A stretch of 64,000 bases of DNA from the NCBI GenBank assembly GCA_963514005.1, contig OY740790.1, positions 12,276,001-12,340,000 of the forward strand. The letters are read 5' to 3'. A model generated the notes under the pieces. The model was not told the origin of the DNA. It did no database searches and was given only the letters and a program-made list of their open reading frames with translations. Of the stretch, positions 31,500 to 44,981 are shown in pieces. Both the position numbers and the translations under genes were made by a program. This DNA is from Raja brachyura. Lineage: Eukaryota. How positions within the stretch are numbered: the first letter of the stretch is position 1; every line of letters begins with the position of its first letter.

Positions 31500-31920
31500 T
31501 TGGCCCAACTTGCCCTTGCCAACCAAATTGCCCCATCTACGCGAGTACCATGCAACCGTGTTTGGCCTCTGTCCCTCTAAACCTTTCCTATCCATGTACC
31601 TGGCCAAATGTCTTTTAAATTACAGTATAGTACTTGCCTCGACTACCTCCTCTGGCAGCTTGTTCCATATACCCACCATCCCCTGTGTGATAAAGATGCC
31701 CCTCAGGCTCCTATTAAATCTTTTCCTTCTCACCTTAAACCCATGTCATCTGCTTCTTGGTACCCCTAGCCTGGGTAAAAAACCTAGTTCACCCTAGCTA
31801 TTCCCCTCATGATTTTATGCACCTCTATAAGATCACCCCTCAGCCTCCTGTGCTCCAAGGAGTAAAGGTTGGGCTTAGCCTGCCCAACCTATAGAACAGG
31901 CCCTCAAGTCCTGGCAACCT
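31500..31920 (-). mobile_element. CR1 3' fragment
   Basis: Reverse complement of the CR1 family at 5085-5575. Confidence 0.75.
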
Positions 31921-32403
31921 CCAAATTTGTGGATGATCAGCCATGATCACATTGAATGACGGTGCTGGCTCGAAGGGCCGAATGGCCTACTCCTGCACCT
32001 ATTGTCTATTGTCCTCATGAATCTTCTCTCACTATTTACAGCTTAACAATGTCCTCCCTATAGCAGGGTGACAAAACTGAACGTGATACTCCAAATGCAC
32101 CCACACCAACATCTTGTACCACTGTAACATAACATCCCAACTTCCATGTGCAGGAAAGAACTGCAGATGCTGGCTTACACCGAAGATAGACACAAGATGT
32201 TGGAGCAACTCAATGGCACAGGCAGCATCTCTGGATAGAAGGAATGGGCGACGTTACAGGTCATAAGGTCATATGTGAAAGGACTAGAATTAGGCCATTT
32301 GGTCATCTAGTCTACTCCGCCATTCAATCATGGCTGATCTATAACTCCTTCCTAACCCTGCCTTCTCCCCGTAATCCTGTCTTCTCCCCGTAACCTCTGA
32401 CAC

Positions 32404-35400
32404 AGTTATAATGGGTGACTTCACAGTTAATATACAGTTATAATGGGTGACTTCAATCTACATATAGATTGGGTGAATCAAATTGGCAGGGGTGCTGAGG
32501 AAGAGGATTTCTTGGAATGTATGCGGGATAGTTTTCTAAACCAACATGTAGAGGAACCAACGAGAGGACATGCTATTCTAGACTGGGTATTGAGTAATGA
32601 GGAAGGGTTAGTTAGCAGTCTTGTTGTGCGTGGCAAGAGTGACCATAAAATGGTTGAGTTATTCATTAGGATGGAGAGTGACATTGTTAATTCAGAAACA
32701 AGGGTTCTGAACTTAAAGAAAGGTAACTTTGAGGCAGGCACATGTGGTGAGTAATTACTCAGGGTAGGCAGTCAGTCGGCTTTAAAAAAAATTAAACCGC
32801 GCATGCGCAGATTGTCCTCTCCGTAAAAATAAAAAATAAAAATAAAGACAGTAACAATTTAATTTGCCCAAGGCTTCCAAGTTTCCTTTATTCTGAATTA
32901 CTGAATGGGTGGGGGATGAAGGGTGATGGCAGGTGGACAGATGGTGGGAAAAACGGGAGTACAGGGAAAAGTTGAACCAGTTGTCATCTAATTGAATGAC
33001 AACACTTGTTCAACGGACCAATTGGGGGGAAGAGTTCCTTTCACAGCGTGTGGAGAGTCTGTGCCAGGGGTAAAGTTGCGGGGAGGGCAGGAGTGTTGGG
33101 TCAGGGATAATGCCAGTAACTTACTCACTCACCGCTACCGCGGCGCTCTGGGTGCGAAGCCACGCACTGTAGCCGGGGATAGAAGCAGCCCGGGTAGCTG
33201 CGAGCGGCCGCCGGGACCCGACAGCAGAACTGACGGCCACTTCAGCGCCTTCTGCCGGCCTGCTCACCTCTGGCAGTGCTCTCCGTCTGAACACCTCTCA
33301 CCTGCCGCTCGCTCATGCCAACGGCTTCCTGCAAATCCTTAAATTCCCACAGCCGAGTAACCTCAACCTCAACCTGACATGAGTGAGGCCAGCGAGCGGC
33401 AGGAGAGTTTTTTAGACGGAGAGCTGCCAGAGATGAGCGGGCGCCGGCAGAAGGAGCTAAAGTGGCGGCTGGTCCGCTCTCCAGCACAGCAAGGAGCGTC
33501 GCAAGTGGCATGCTCCCGACCACTCCTTCACAACATTCGTGCCCTCCCCGCAACTTTACCCCGGGCCAGACTCCCCAAACATTGTGAAAAGAGCGCTCCC
33601 CCCACCCCCACACCCCGGGAAATACAGTATTTAAAAACGTAAACACAAAATGTACTTACCACATTATTGGTACACGTACTCCATTCTTCTCTCTTTGTTT
33701 CCTAACATACACTTAAAATAATGCCAATCCATATTTGAAAACCCTGCCAAGAAACTAGCGCTGCGCATGCGCAGTGCAGCAAAGGCAGAATTTCTGCTGC
33801 CTTCAACCCAGCTTGAAATTGACGCTTGAAGCAGCGCTGACGGCACGTGGGCTGCACAGACCTTCGCGTGTTACAAGTGCTACGAATGAAAGGCACGGAG
33901 AATTATGCCTACCTAAGAGATCGATATCTTAGGTAGGCATAATTCTCCCATGCTTTTTTATTTATATTTAGTAATTACTATGTTATAATTTTAGTTAGGG
34001 TAGGCAGTACCTACCTTGCCTACCCTGATGGCACGTGCCTGCTTTGAGGATATGAGATGTGAATTGGCCAAGATAGACTGGCAATTGATTCTTAAAGGGT
34101 TGACAGTGGATATGCAATGGAAGGCATTTAAAGACTGCATGGATGAACTACGACAATTGTTTATCCCAGTTTGGCAAAATAATAAATCAGGGAAGGTAGT
34201 GCATCCGTGGATAACAAGGGAAATCAGGGATAGTATCAAAACAAAAGATGAAGCATACAAATTAGCCAGAAAAAAGCAACTTACCAGAGGACTGGGAGAA
34301 ATTCAGTCCAGCAGAGGAGGACAAAGGGCTTAATTAGGAAAGGGAATATAGATTCTGAAAGAAAAGTGGCAGAGAACATAAACACTGACTGCAAACATTT
34401 CTATAGATATGTGAGGAGAAAAAGATGAGTTAAAACAAATGTAGGTCCCTTGCAGTCAGAAACAGGTGAATTGATCATGGGGAATAAGGACCTGGCAGAC
34501 CAATTGAATAACTACTTTGGTTCTGTCTTCACTAAGGAAGACATAAATAATCTGCCAGAAATAGCAGGGGACCGGGGGTCAAATGAGATGGAGGAACTGT
34601 GAAATCCAGGTTAGCCGGGAAGTGGTGTTGGGTAAATTGAATGGATTAAAGGCCAATAAATCCCCAGGGCCAGATAGGCTGCATCCCAGAGTACTTAAGG
34701 AAGTAGCCCCAGAAATAGTGGATCCATTAGTGATAATTTTTCAAAACTCTTTAGATTCTGGAGTAGTTCCTGAGGATTGGAGGGTAGCTAATGTAACCCC
34801 ACTTTTTAAAAAGGGAGGGAGAGAGAAAACGGGGAATTACAGACCAGTCAATCTAACATCTGTAGAGGGGAAAATGCTAGAGTCAGTTATTAAAGATGGG
34901 ATAGCAGCACATTTGGAAAGTGGTGAAATCATTGGACAAAGTCAGCATGGATTTATGAAAGGTAAATCATGTCTGACGATTCTTATAGAATTTTTCGAGG
35001 ATGTAACTAGTAGAGTGGATAAGGGAGAACCAGTGGATGTGTTATATCTGGACTTTCAGAAGGCTTTTGACAAGGTCCCACATAAGAGATTAGAATGCAA
35101 ACTTAAAGCACACAGTATTGGGGGTTCAGTATTGATGTGGATAGTGAACTGGCTGGCAGAGAGGAAGCAAAGAGTAGGAGTAAACGGGTCCTTTTCAGAG
35201 TGGCAGGCAGTGACTAGTGGGGTACCGCAAGGCTCATTGCTGGGACCCCAGTTATTTACAATATATGTTAATGATCTGGACGAGGGAATTGAATGCGACA
35301 TCTCCAAGTTTGCAGATGACACGAAGCTGGGGGGCAGTGTTAGCTGTGAGGAGCATGCTAGGAGGATGCAAGGTGACTTGGATAGGTTGGGTGAGTGTGC

Positions 35401-36209
35401 AAATGCATAGCAGATGCAGTATAATGTGGTAGCAAAAACGTGAAAGTAGTATTATCTGAATGGTGGCTGATTAGGAAAAGGGGAGATGCAACGAGAGCTG
35501 GGTGTCATGGTACACCAGTCATTGAAAGTAGGCATGCAGGTGCAGCAGGCAGTGAAGAAAGTGAATGGTATGTTAGGATTCATAGCAAAAGGATTTGGGT
35601 GTAGGGGCAGAGAGGTTCTACTGCAGTTGTACAGGGTCTTGGTGAGACCACACCTGGAGTATTGCATACAGTTTGGTCTCCTAATCTGAGGAAAGACATT
35701 CTTGCCATAGAGGGAGTGCAGAGAAGGTTCACCAGACTGATTCCTGGGATGTCAGGACTTTCATATGACGAAAGACTGGATAGACTCGGCTTGTACTTGC
35801 TAGAATTTAGAAGATTGAGGGGGGATCTTATAGAAACTTACAAATTTCTTAAGGGGTTGGACAGCCTTGATGCAGGAAGATTGTTCCCAATGATGGGGAA
35901 GTCCAGAACAAGCGGGCACAGTTTAAGGATAAGGGGGAAATCTTTTAGGACCGAGATGAGAAAAACATTTTTCACACAGAGAGTGATGAGTCTGTGGAAT
36001 TCTCTGCCACAGAAGGTGTTCGAGGCCAGTTCATTGGCTATATTTAAGAGGGAGTTAGATGTAGCCCTTGTGGCTAAAGGGATCAGGGGGTATTGAGAGA
36101 AGGCAGGTACAGGATACTGAGTTGGATGATCAGCCATGATCATATTGAATGGCGGTGCAGGCTCGAAGGGCCGAATGGCCTACTCCTGCACCTATTTTCT
36201 ATGTTTCTA
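32404..36209 (+). mobile_element. 5'-truncated degenerate CR1 LINE (partial APE + RT)
   Basis: [27 protein letters not shown] and FADD motifs; 3' tail; tgacac flanks both ends inside an older minus-strand CR1. Confidence 0.92.
32735..34041. mobile_element. Non-autonomous hAT-type DNA transposon nested in CR1
   Basis: TIR CAGGCACRTG...CACGTGCCTG; 8-bp TSD CTTTGAGG at 32727-32734 and 34042-34049. Confidence 0.85.
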
Positions 36210-36489
36210 TGACACCTGTACTAATCAAAAATATATCTATCTCTGCCTTAAAAATATCCATTGACTTCACTGCCTCCACTGCCTTCTGTGGCAAAGAATG
36301 CCACAGATTGACAACACACTGACTAAATACATTTCTCCTCATCTCCTTCCTAAAAGAACGTCCCTTAATTCTGAGGCTATGACCTCTATCCTAGACTCTC
36401 CTACTAGTGGAAACATCCTCTCCACATCCACTCTATCCAAACCTTTCACTGTTCTGTATGTTTCAATGAGATGTTTCAATGAGAGGTAC

Positions 36490-36870
36490 ATAATGACTTA
36501 CTGCTCACCGTTGACTCCGGCGACTGTGCAATCCTGCTCCTTCTTGACCTCAGCGCAGCATTTGATACTGTCGACCACGCCATCCTAATTGACCGTCTCC
36601 GGTACGGGGTTGGTATTGATGGCACTGCCCTGAGCTGGTTCATCTCCTACCTCAAAGGTAGGGGTTTCTCTACCAACATAGAAAACTTTTTCTGCTCCCC
36701 AGCTAGTCTCTGCTGTGGGGTTCCACAAGGTTCCATCCTTGGCCCCATTGTCTTCTCCGTGTCTATGCTCCCCTTAGGCCAAGTCATTGAAAGGCACGGC
36801 ATTTCCTTCCATTGCTACGCAGACGATACACAAATCTATCTCCCCCTGAAACCCAAAAAACAATCAAATC
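36490..36870 (+). mobile_element. L2-type LINE RT fragment
   Basis: LLDLSAAFDTVDH, GVPQGSILGP and FHCYADDTQIY motifs. Confidence 0.75.
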
Positions 36871-36874
36871 TCAA

Positions 36875-37618
36875 GTCAAAGTCAAACAAACTTTATTGTC
36901 ATTTATGCAATTCCAAACGCAATTCTGTTGCATTTGGCTCCCTGTGCAACATGATAATTAATAGAAGGATGAAATGGGAAAAAATGGATAAAAGGATAAA
37001 ATAGACAATCGTGGCAGCCCATTACATGGCATTCAGGAGTCTGAATGCAACCGCTGCTGTGCTCTCTTAACTGTTGATGTTATTTGACCAGGTCAGACTG
37101 TTAGTGATCTGCACCCCCAGGAACTTAGTGCTACTGATCACCTCCACATCGCTGTCATTGATGTGAAGTGGTGTGTGACTGTGCCGGTGTTTCCTGTGGT
37201 CGACGATGCCCTCCTTTGTTTTTTCGACATTCAGGATCAGGTTGTTTGTATGCTCCAGTCCACCAGGTTGTTTGCACCAGTCCACCAGTTGTTTCACCTC
37301 CTCCCTGTAAGCCAGCTCATTGTCGTCCCGGATGAGGCCCACCACTGTAGTGTCATCTGCGTACTTCATGATGTGGTTTGTACTAAACCTGGCACAACAG
37401 TCGTGGGTCATCAGGGTAAACAGCAGTGGACTCAGGACACAGCCCTGAGGGGAGCCGGTGCTCAGAGAGATGATGTTAGAGGTGTTGTTTCCAACCCTCA
37501 CTGACTGGGGTCTGTCAGTGAGGAAGTCCAGTAGCCAGTTACACATGGGGGTGCTGAGGCCCAATGGAACCAGTTTGCTTATCAGGTGCTGAGGGATAAT
37601 TGTGTTGAATACTGAACT
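36875..37618 (-). mobile_element. Rex1/Babar-type LINE RT fragment
   Basis: [25 protein letters not shown] and LNVEKTKE motifs. Confidence 0.75.
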
Positions 37619-37620
37619 CC

Positions 37621-40600
37621 TTATGAGGAGTTACGATGAGGGATTACGTAAAGAAGTCCGTCAGCCCGCATGTGCGTCAACCTTTAAAGCAGCGGTGTGA
37701 AGTCACAGATAACAGTTGTTGAACTGAATATAGTACGATTCGAGAAACTAGAACGAGAACAGCTGACATTTATGAGAAGAGGGTTGGGAGCGGACGGCAC
37801 GTAATCCCTCATTGTAACTCCTCATAAAATAAAGATCAAACTTCAAACTGGTAAACTCTCATTTAATCTTACTATTTTACTTCGGAGTCACGTGAGTGAC
37901 TACATGAAGATTTCAAAGCTCTGTGAATTATGCCGTAGACACGAGTCCATGCCACACACTGTATTAGTTGACCAAGATGAGTGAAATTAATAATGCTTTC
38001 AGACATGATATAGATTTAAAACATGCTGATGCTTTAATGGACAAAATTAACAATAGTAACCCCTCTCATCCCAGAGGAAACTATAAAACGGAACTTAAAA
38101 TGGAGTTGGCAAATCCCCCCCGGTCTGACTATGGATTTATTATAGAAAGTTTGAAAAGTGCACTCGTTTCACCATCCTGCAGCCACTAGGATGTTTGTCC
38201 AGCAGGATGTCCATAACACTCGCTGCTGACGTAGTTGCAGCCCTGGTGGAGTACGATTTGAAAATGTCAGTATCTACTCCTGCATAAGCCAGAACCCGTT
38301 TTAACCACTTGGAGATGATCTGTACTGAAACCTTCTTATGAAGTTTCTTGTTACTAACAAACTTTGCTAGTTCTGACCCCCTAAGGCTCTTTGTGACCTT
38401 AATATATTGTTGGCGGTGCGTGACCACACATAGCCGGAGGTCCAAGGGGTATGCCATAAAGAGTAGTTTGAGGCCGGAAGTACCTGGTCTTCTCTGTTTA
38501 ACTAGATCATACACATAAAATGTTATACTATTGGCAGATGTCATCATCCTATCCAGCCACAGCTTATGTAATGACTGGACCCAGTGCCACGAGCATCACT
38601 ACCTTGTAAGTGAGTTGGGCCAGGGACAGGGACAGGGATGTTGCTGGAGCCCACCGGCAAAGCAGCGTTAGTACCACGCTTTCATCCCATATTTCCGAGT
38701 ATCTGGGCCTGGGAAGATTCAAATTGAAGATACCCTTCATGAACCGGGATATCAGTGGGTGAGACCCAACAGAGTGGTGTCCCGGTCCTGGCAACAAGTA
38801 TGACGACAAAGCACTCCTGGCACAATTTAAAGCACTGCAACTCAATCTCTCATCAAAATAAAGTTTTGAGAGGAATTCCAATACATTTGTTATGTGTGCT
38901 GTCTCATACGAAATATTAGACTGTAAACAGAACACTTCCCATTTCTTAATATAGGAGATGTACTGTTTCTTGGTACTGTCTCTCCAGGCCGCAGTGAGCA
39001 CATCCACCGTACGATCAGATAGTGCGAGCCCCAGGAAAGGTCTTCTTAGTCTGCAAACCAACAGATTGAGCCGATCATGCAGTGGATGATTCTCCCCAGT
39101 CATGGGGTGAACTAGCAGATTTCGGCTTTTTGGAACTGCCATAAAAGATTCTGTGATCATTCCCAGTATGAGTGGAAACCATGGCTGTGTAGGCCAGTCA
39201 GGCACTATCAGAATGCCTGGGGCAGAGTCTTGCTTGATCTTAAGCAAGCACTGACTGACGAGGCAGAGTGGGGGGAATGCATAAAAAAACATTCCTCCCC
39301 AATGTAGCGAGAATGTTTTTCATTCCTCCCCACTGCCTCTGGGTCTGGTTCCCATGCAACATACTTTGGTAACTGGTGATTGAGTCTGGATGCAAACAAA
39401 TCTATATCCGGTGTTCCATACTGAGTGATAATATCATTAAACACGTCATGATTCAACATCCATTCTGTATTGTCATTGAATTTCCGTGACCTGGTGTCCG
39501 CCACAATATTGAACCTACCTGGTAAGTAGGTAGCTGAAATCCAAATGTTTCTTACAATGCACCAGTGCCAAATGAGGTTAGCCAATTTATCACAGGATAC
39601 TGACTTGATTCCACCCATGTGATTAATGTAGGCCACCACTGTGGTGTTGTCAATCTGAAGTTGAACCTGCAGATGGAGCATATTCCCACAATAAGCTTTT
39701 AATCCATAGAGTGCTCCCAGCAACTCTAAGTAGTTAATACCATACAACTGAAGAATTGATGACTCATGCGCATTCCATCTGCCACCACAGCTAGAGATGG
39801 TAGCAGTAGCGCCCCATCCCAGAGCACTAGCATCAGTTTGTAATATAACTGAAGGATTGTTGACCAAAATGTTACTGGAGCAATGCCGAATATAGGAATG
39901 CCACCATTGTAACTCAGCAATGGCTTCAGCCGGCAATCGCATAGGTCTGTTGAAGTGACCTGCATGGTGTTTGAGTGCCTGCTCCTTTGCACGTTGTAAA
40001 TTTTGATAATGCAAAGGCCCAAATTTTGCAGCTGGAAAAGCAGCCACTAATTTGCCGATTATACTGGCTACTTGTCGAATAGAAGGTTGCTGCTTCACTA
40101 TGAGATTGTTGCAGGCTTCTATTAATTCCAATCTCTTGCAGAGCAGAGTTATCAAGGCAGAGCTACAGACATGTGAATAGAGTTAATGGTAATTCCCAAA
40201 TAATCCATAAATCTAGATGGTGTCAACTTCGATTTAACTGGATGGATGAGAAACCCCAATCTCTCAAATAAGAGTTTGGTGGCTGAAATAGCTAATTCAG
40301 CTAACTTTAGCTGAAATGTCTACACTGCACAAAGGAGAAGCCGAGTCAAGTCAAGGATGATTCGGCATCCTCCATCCTTCTTTTGTCTTGTAAATATATT
40401 GGACACAAATTGGTGCGATTCATGACTCGACTTCTCAATTACTCCTTTTGTAAATCATGACTGAATTTCAGCTTGTACATCCAAACCCTCCAGTTGTGAA
40501 TGAACAAAGGTTTGGTTTGGTGTATGCTGGGTGGGTGGAAGTGAATCAGAAAGGAATTCAATTTGGAACCTGTCTATATTGTGCAGTATAAACTAATCTG

Positions 40601-42136
40601 ATGTTATCCATCCCCATTCATTCAAACACAAGCGTAATCTCCCACCAACTTGTGACTGATGCACACACTTCATGTTCCGGAGAGAACCAGACCCACCTAC
40701 CTCCATGGTTATCGGTGGATTTGCGGTGTCTATTTCCGCCCCCGGTGTTTGGGAGGTAGAGCTGCTGGAGAGCGCGAACTGCGCATTTTTGACGAGGGCC
40801 TGCCTGAGCCTTGCCCTCAAAAAGATCTCTGTCCAAAGTGTTTGGTCTTCGTGCTGCCACCAGCTTCTGTGAATCGTTTGCTGCTGGTGGAAGCGTAGGG
40901 GTGCTGCCGCCGGAATGACGAAGCTCTCGTTGGTGGAGCTCTGATTAGCCCCACAGCTTTCGCCTCGTCATCCAGGTCTTTGACCAGCTTTGGCAGATCT
41001 TCCCCATACAAATAGTTTGGCGGCTGTACGTTACTGGCCCTGCATAATCCCGCAAACTTGGGATTCAGGGCAGGGCGGATGGCATTCTTGCGGAAGCAAT
41101 TAATCTCAAAATGTGCGTTGCACATTAATGCCAGCGCATCTTGTTGCTCATCCGACAGAGAACTTCCATCCTCCGACCTGGCACAGGCTGTGATGCCTGA
41201 AGCTAGCAAGTTCAGGATCCTCTGGAGTTTCACCTCCTGGGTTTTGATGCCCCCACCAATGAAACTCCAGATCGAGCTGTTTACAGCCGGCAGTTGGCAG
41301 GCTTATGGTACCTCATGGATGTTTGCACCATTACCTGCTCCTGGAGCTGATGTGAAGCTAGGTAATTAATGCTTGCCGCCTATTCTTCATCCAGCGGCTC
41401 CCCAATTTGTGATGGTATAGCAAATTTGGATACCATAGCAGGCAATTCTGCTTCCCGCAGCTCGTGCATCGGGGACATACCACCGAATTCCAAGTCAGCT
41501 CAAAACTGACTCCGTATGCTCCCCTCCTCAGAGAGGGAGACTTGATGCAGCCCTGCGCCAGGCATTGCCGCGGGCCCCCGAGACCCACGCTGATATAACT
41601 CCGTTCCTTGGAGTATATCGTGATGCAGTATCCCTTCCATCAGATGCTCCATCCGGGATAGACGTCCGAAGACGCTACCCAATGTAGGGGGCAACCCCTC
41701 CTGGCCTGACTCGTCCGAGTCGATAGGCCTATTGGACTTTTGTTCGGCTTTCCCACCTCTCGGGGTAGCCAAGGTGCTCTCCATAGGAACCAAGTCTGAC
41801 GTCGCTGGCTGCGCCGCCAGCGACTCGGATGGTGAAATCAACGGCCGCCCGCTAACCGCACTCCCGTGATCTTCCTTAGCTGGTCTCCCCGTGGCCCGTC
41901 AGGACTTCACTCTTGATTTTTCCATCACTGTTCGTACTTGAAGCGCTGCAATCAAGAATTAGCGACCAAATGACCTCAGAATAAGTTCGAGAACTTACCT
42001 GTGAATCTTTTAACCTTACAGCTGGAGGAGCGACGCGCCTACCAGCCAGTTGTGGCGCCATGCGTTAGACGTATTGACGCGCATGCGGGCTGGCGGGCTT
42101 CTTCATGTAGTCACTCACGTGACTCTGAAGTAAAAT
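37621..42136 (-). mobile_element. DIRS1-type tyrosine-recombinase retrotransposon, near full length, degenerate
   Basis: gag-like ORFs 40817-41841; RT remnant, RNase H (QTDASALGWG, LELLG, IDNTT, ADTRSR) and methyltransferase-like IDLFASRLN; YR (STRAATTS); inverted termini and internal complementary region 37799-37910. Confidence 0.92.
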
Positions 42137-42669
42137 TAACCATTCCTTAGCCCACTTGCCTCACTAATAAAAATGCTGCTGTCATTTGTGGTAACCATCT
42201 TCGCTATCTATGATACCACCCAGTTTAGTATCATCTGTAAACTTACTAATCAGTTCTTGCACATCCACATCCAAATCATTAATATAAAGTAGCTGCTTGG
42301 TGCTTGTTTACTCTCATGGGAGAATATAGAACTGGAGGGACAGAATAAGACGTTGCCCATTTAAAATAAGGTTTATGGGGGATTCCCTTCTCTCAGAGGG
42401 CCTTGAATCTTTGGAATACCTCAGAGGGCAGCATCATTGAAGACATTCAAGCCCCAGACCGAAAGATCTTTGTTCTGTAAGAGAATGAAGGATAATAGAG
42501 CACTGGAAATGGGGATTCCTATGTGAAATAAGAAAAATGATTATGGGGCAGCAAAGTAGAGCTGAGGTCAAGATAAGATGAGCCAAGAGAGCAAAGGGGC
42601 CTGAAAGGCTGCTGTCAGCCCCATTTCCTCATTTTCTGCTTTGTTTCAGAATTGCAGCGTCTGCAATAT

Positions 42670-43195
42670 ATTAGTTTAGTCCATTAGACACACCGAGTCC
42701 ACACCAGCGATCAATCATCCATTCAAACTAGTTCTGTTTTCCTACTTTCTCAGCCACTCCCAACACATTGGGAACAATTTTACAGAGGCCAAATAACCTG
42801 CAAACATCTTTGGGATTTGTGAGGAAACTGGAGCACCAGGAGGAAACCCAAACAGACACAGACAGACAATACAAACACCGCACAGACAAACACAACACAG
42901 CAGTGCTGAACTACCATCTACCTCATTGGTGACCCTCGCACTATTCTTGATTGGACTTTGCTGGCTTTACCTTGCACTAAACATTAGTCCCTTATCATGT
43001 ATCTATACACTGTAAATGGATCGATTGTAATAATGTATTATCTTTCCGCTGACTGGTTAGCACGCAACAAAAGCTTCTCACTGTACCTCGGCCCACGGGA
43101 CAATAAACTAAACAGACAGCACTCTAGGTCAGGAACGAAACTGGGTCTCTGGCGCTGTGAGGCAGCAACTCTACAATCTGGGCCACTGTGCCACC
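42670..43195 (-). mobile_element. tRNA-derived SINE interrupted by another repeat
   Basis: Same head and core as 31140-31440. Confidence 0.6.
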
Positions 43196-44813
43196 CAAGC
43201 ACTTACAAACTGTGCTTAATATTGCCTCTGCATGTTGCAGGTGATTGTTCCAATGTCCAGGCTTTGTAACTATGGCCACGGTACAGAGGTACAGGTGGGA
43301 ACCAAATCAATGTCGATGCATATCATCTCATTATTGTGGTAATGCCTTTTGCTTTTCTATGGAGTTTGCTTTGCATCGATAAGCTTCTATGATTCCTATA
43401 TCTCGTTTCCCTTTCCCGTGACTTTCAATCTAAAGAAGGGTCTCGACCCGAAACGTCGCCCATTCCTTCTCTCCGAAACGTCGCCCATTCTGCCTGTCCC
43501 GCTGAGTTACTCCAGCATTTTCTGTCTACCCTATTACTAATCTCATCATTGTTCGAGATTCGATCCACTATGGTGGTATCATCTACAAACCTGTAAATGG
43601 AGTTAGAGCAGAATTTAGGAAGCAAAAGTATGTAACCTTATGATGAGTACAAGAGTAAGGATGTCTTTCTGCAATTACAAAGATCTTTAGGAAGATTACA
43701 CGTGGGGCATTATGTTCAGTTTTGTTCTCTGTAACCAAAAGGCATGTTCTTGTGTTAAGTGAGTGAAACAAAAAAATCAGCAGGTTCCAGGAATAGTAAG
43801 TTTTCATTCGGAGGAGATATTGAATAGATTGGACCTGTTTTTCTCGCGAGATTAGAATAAGAGGATGCAGGGAGGATGTTTTCCTTCTCAGGAATTTGAA
43901 CTAGAACAACATTAGATAATTTAGGACTCAGATGAGGAGTAATATTCAGATATTCAGGGAAGGAAGGGATTTATGAATAGTCAGAGAAAATGCGATGGAG
44001 TTAGAAGATCAGCTATGATCTTGATGATTAGCAGAGCAAGCTCAGGGGACAAATGACCCACCCAAAATATTTCCTTTGATCCTCATGCAGAGAAACATAC
44101 AGTGATGCAGTTTGGTGGGCTAGACAATGTGGAATAAAGCATACTGTCCCAAAAGAGGTGCATGAGCAGAGGGACTTGGGGTATAATCTGATTTATGAGG
44201 TGCTCTGGGGGAGAGTTGGAAAAGACACAGTGGGCTAAATGACCCCACCCCACTCTATGCTGCATTCTATACGTGTCCTTCTATAGTCTCTTTGAAACAT
44301 AACACGGAAGGAAACTGATGTGGGCATAGGTCAAGCATTCTGATGATGGTTGAAAGTCGAAAATAAATGGACCCATTGGTCAAAAGAATGAAGGCGATTG
44401 GCAAAATAATTAATAGTGACAAGAGAGAAACGAAACACATTCCGTGTTTGCATCCCAAGAAAGCTGGAAACATTAATGGAAGGAAAGGGTTTGCAAGACA
44501 ATGGGGGAGGAGCAAATGGGATCCAAACGGATGGCCCTCAGTTTGTGCTGGCACTAATCCAATGGCTCTCGTTCGTGCGTAATTTTTTTTTTAAGTGACT
44601 CTGCGCTTCCATAAGTGTCTAGTTACGATTTGCAAGATATGGAATTGGTAAACCTGTGAAAAAAATATGTTTTTTATGTGTGGTTATTTGAACTGTGATG
44701 CCCTTTTTGGTGCATTCCCTTCAGCAACCGGGCGAAGAAAGACCAGGAACCAGTGAACGGTGCGTGGTCAGGAATGCTGGTCTGACGCCAAGGCTCTTCC
44801 AGCCAAAGATTGT

Positions 44814-44819
44814 TATAAA
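44814..44819 (+). promoter_or_regulatory. TATA box, gene B
   Basis: TATAAA at the position homologous to gene A. Confidence 0.65.
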
Positions 44820-44920
44820 GCGGGGCGGCGGAGCTCAGGCTCACAGCTCCAGAGCCTGGCGCCCCTTGCAGAAGTGAAGTCAACCTCGGCTTGTGTGTGT
44901 GTCCGAGTGCAGGCTGAACC

Positions 44921-44981
44921 ATGGCGGGAGGGAGATGCGACCCAGCCGCTACAATTACTCTTGCGTTGCTGCTCGCCACAG
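44921..44981 (+). CDS. Gene B exon 1, signal peptide
   Basis: Identical to gene A exon 1. Confidence 0.8.

Noticed and set aside
39208-39500. Adenine methyltransferase-like motif as a novel or bacterial gene
   Set aside because: Known component of DIRS1-type elements
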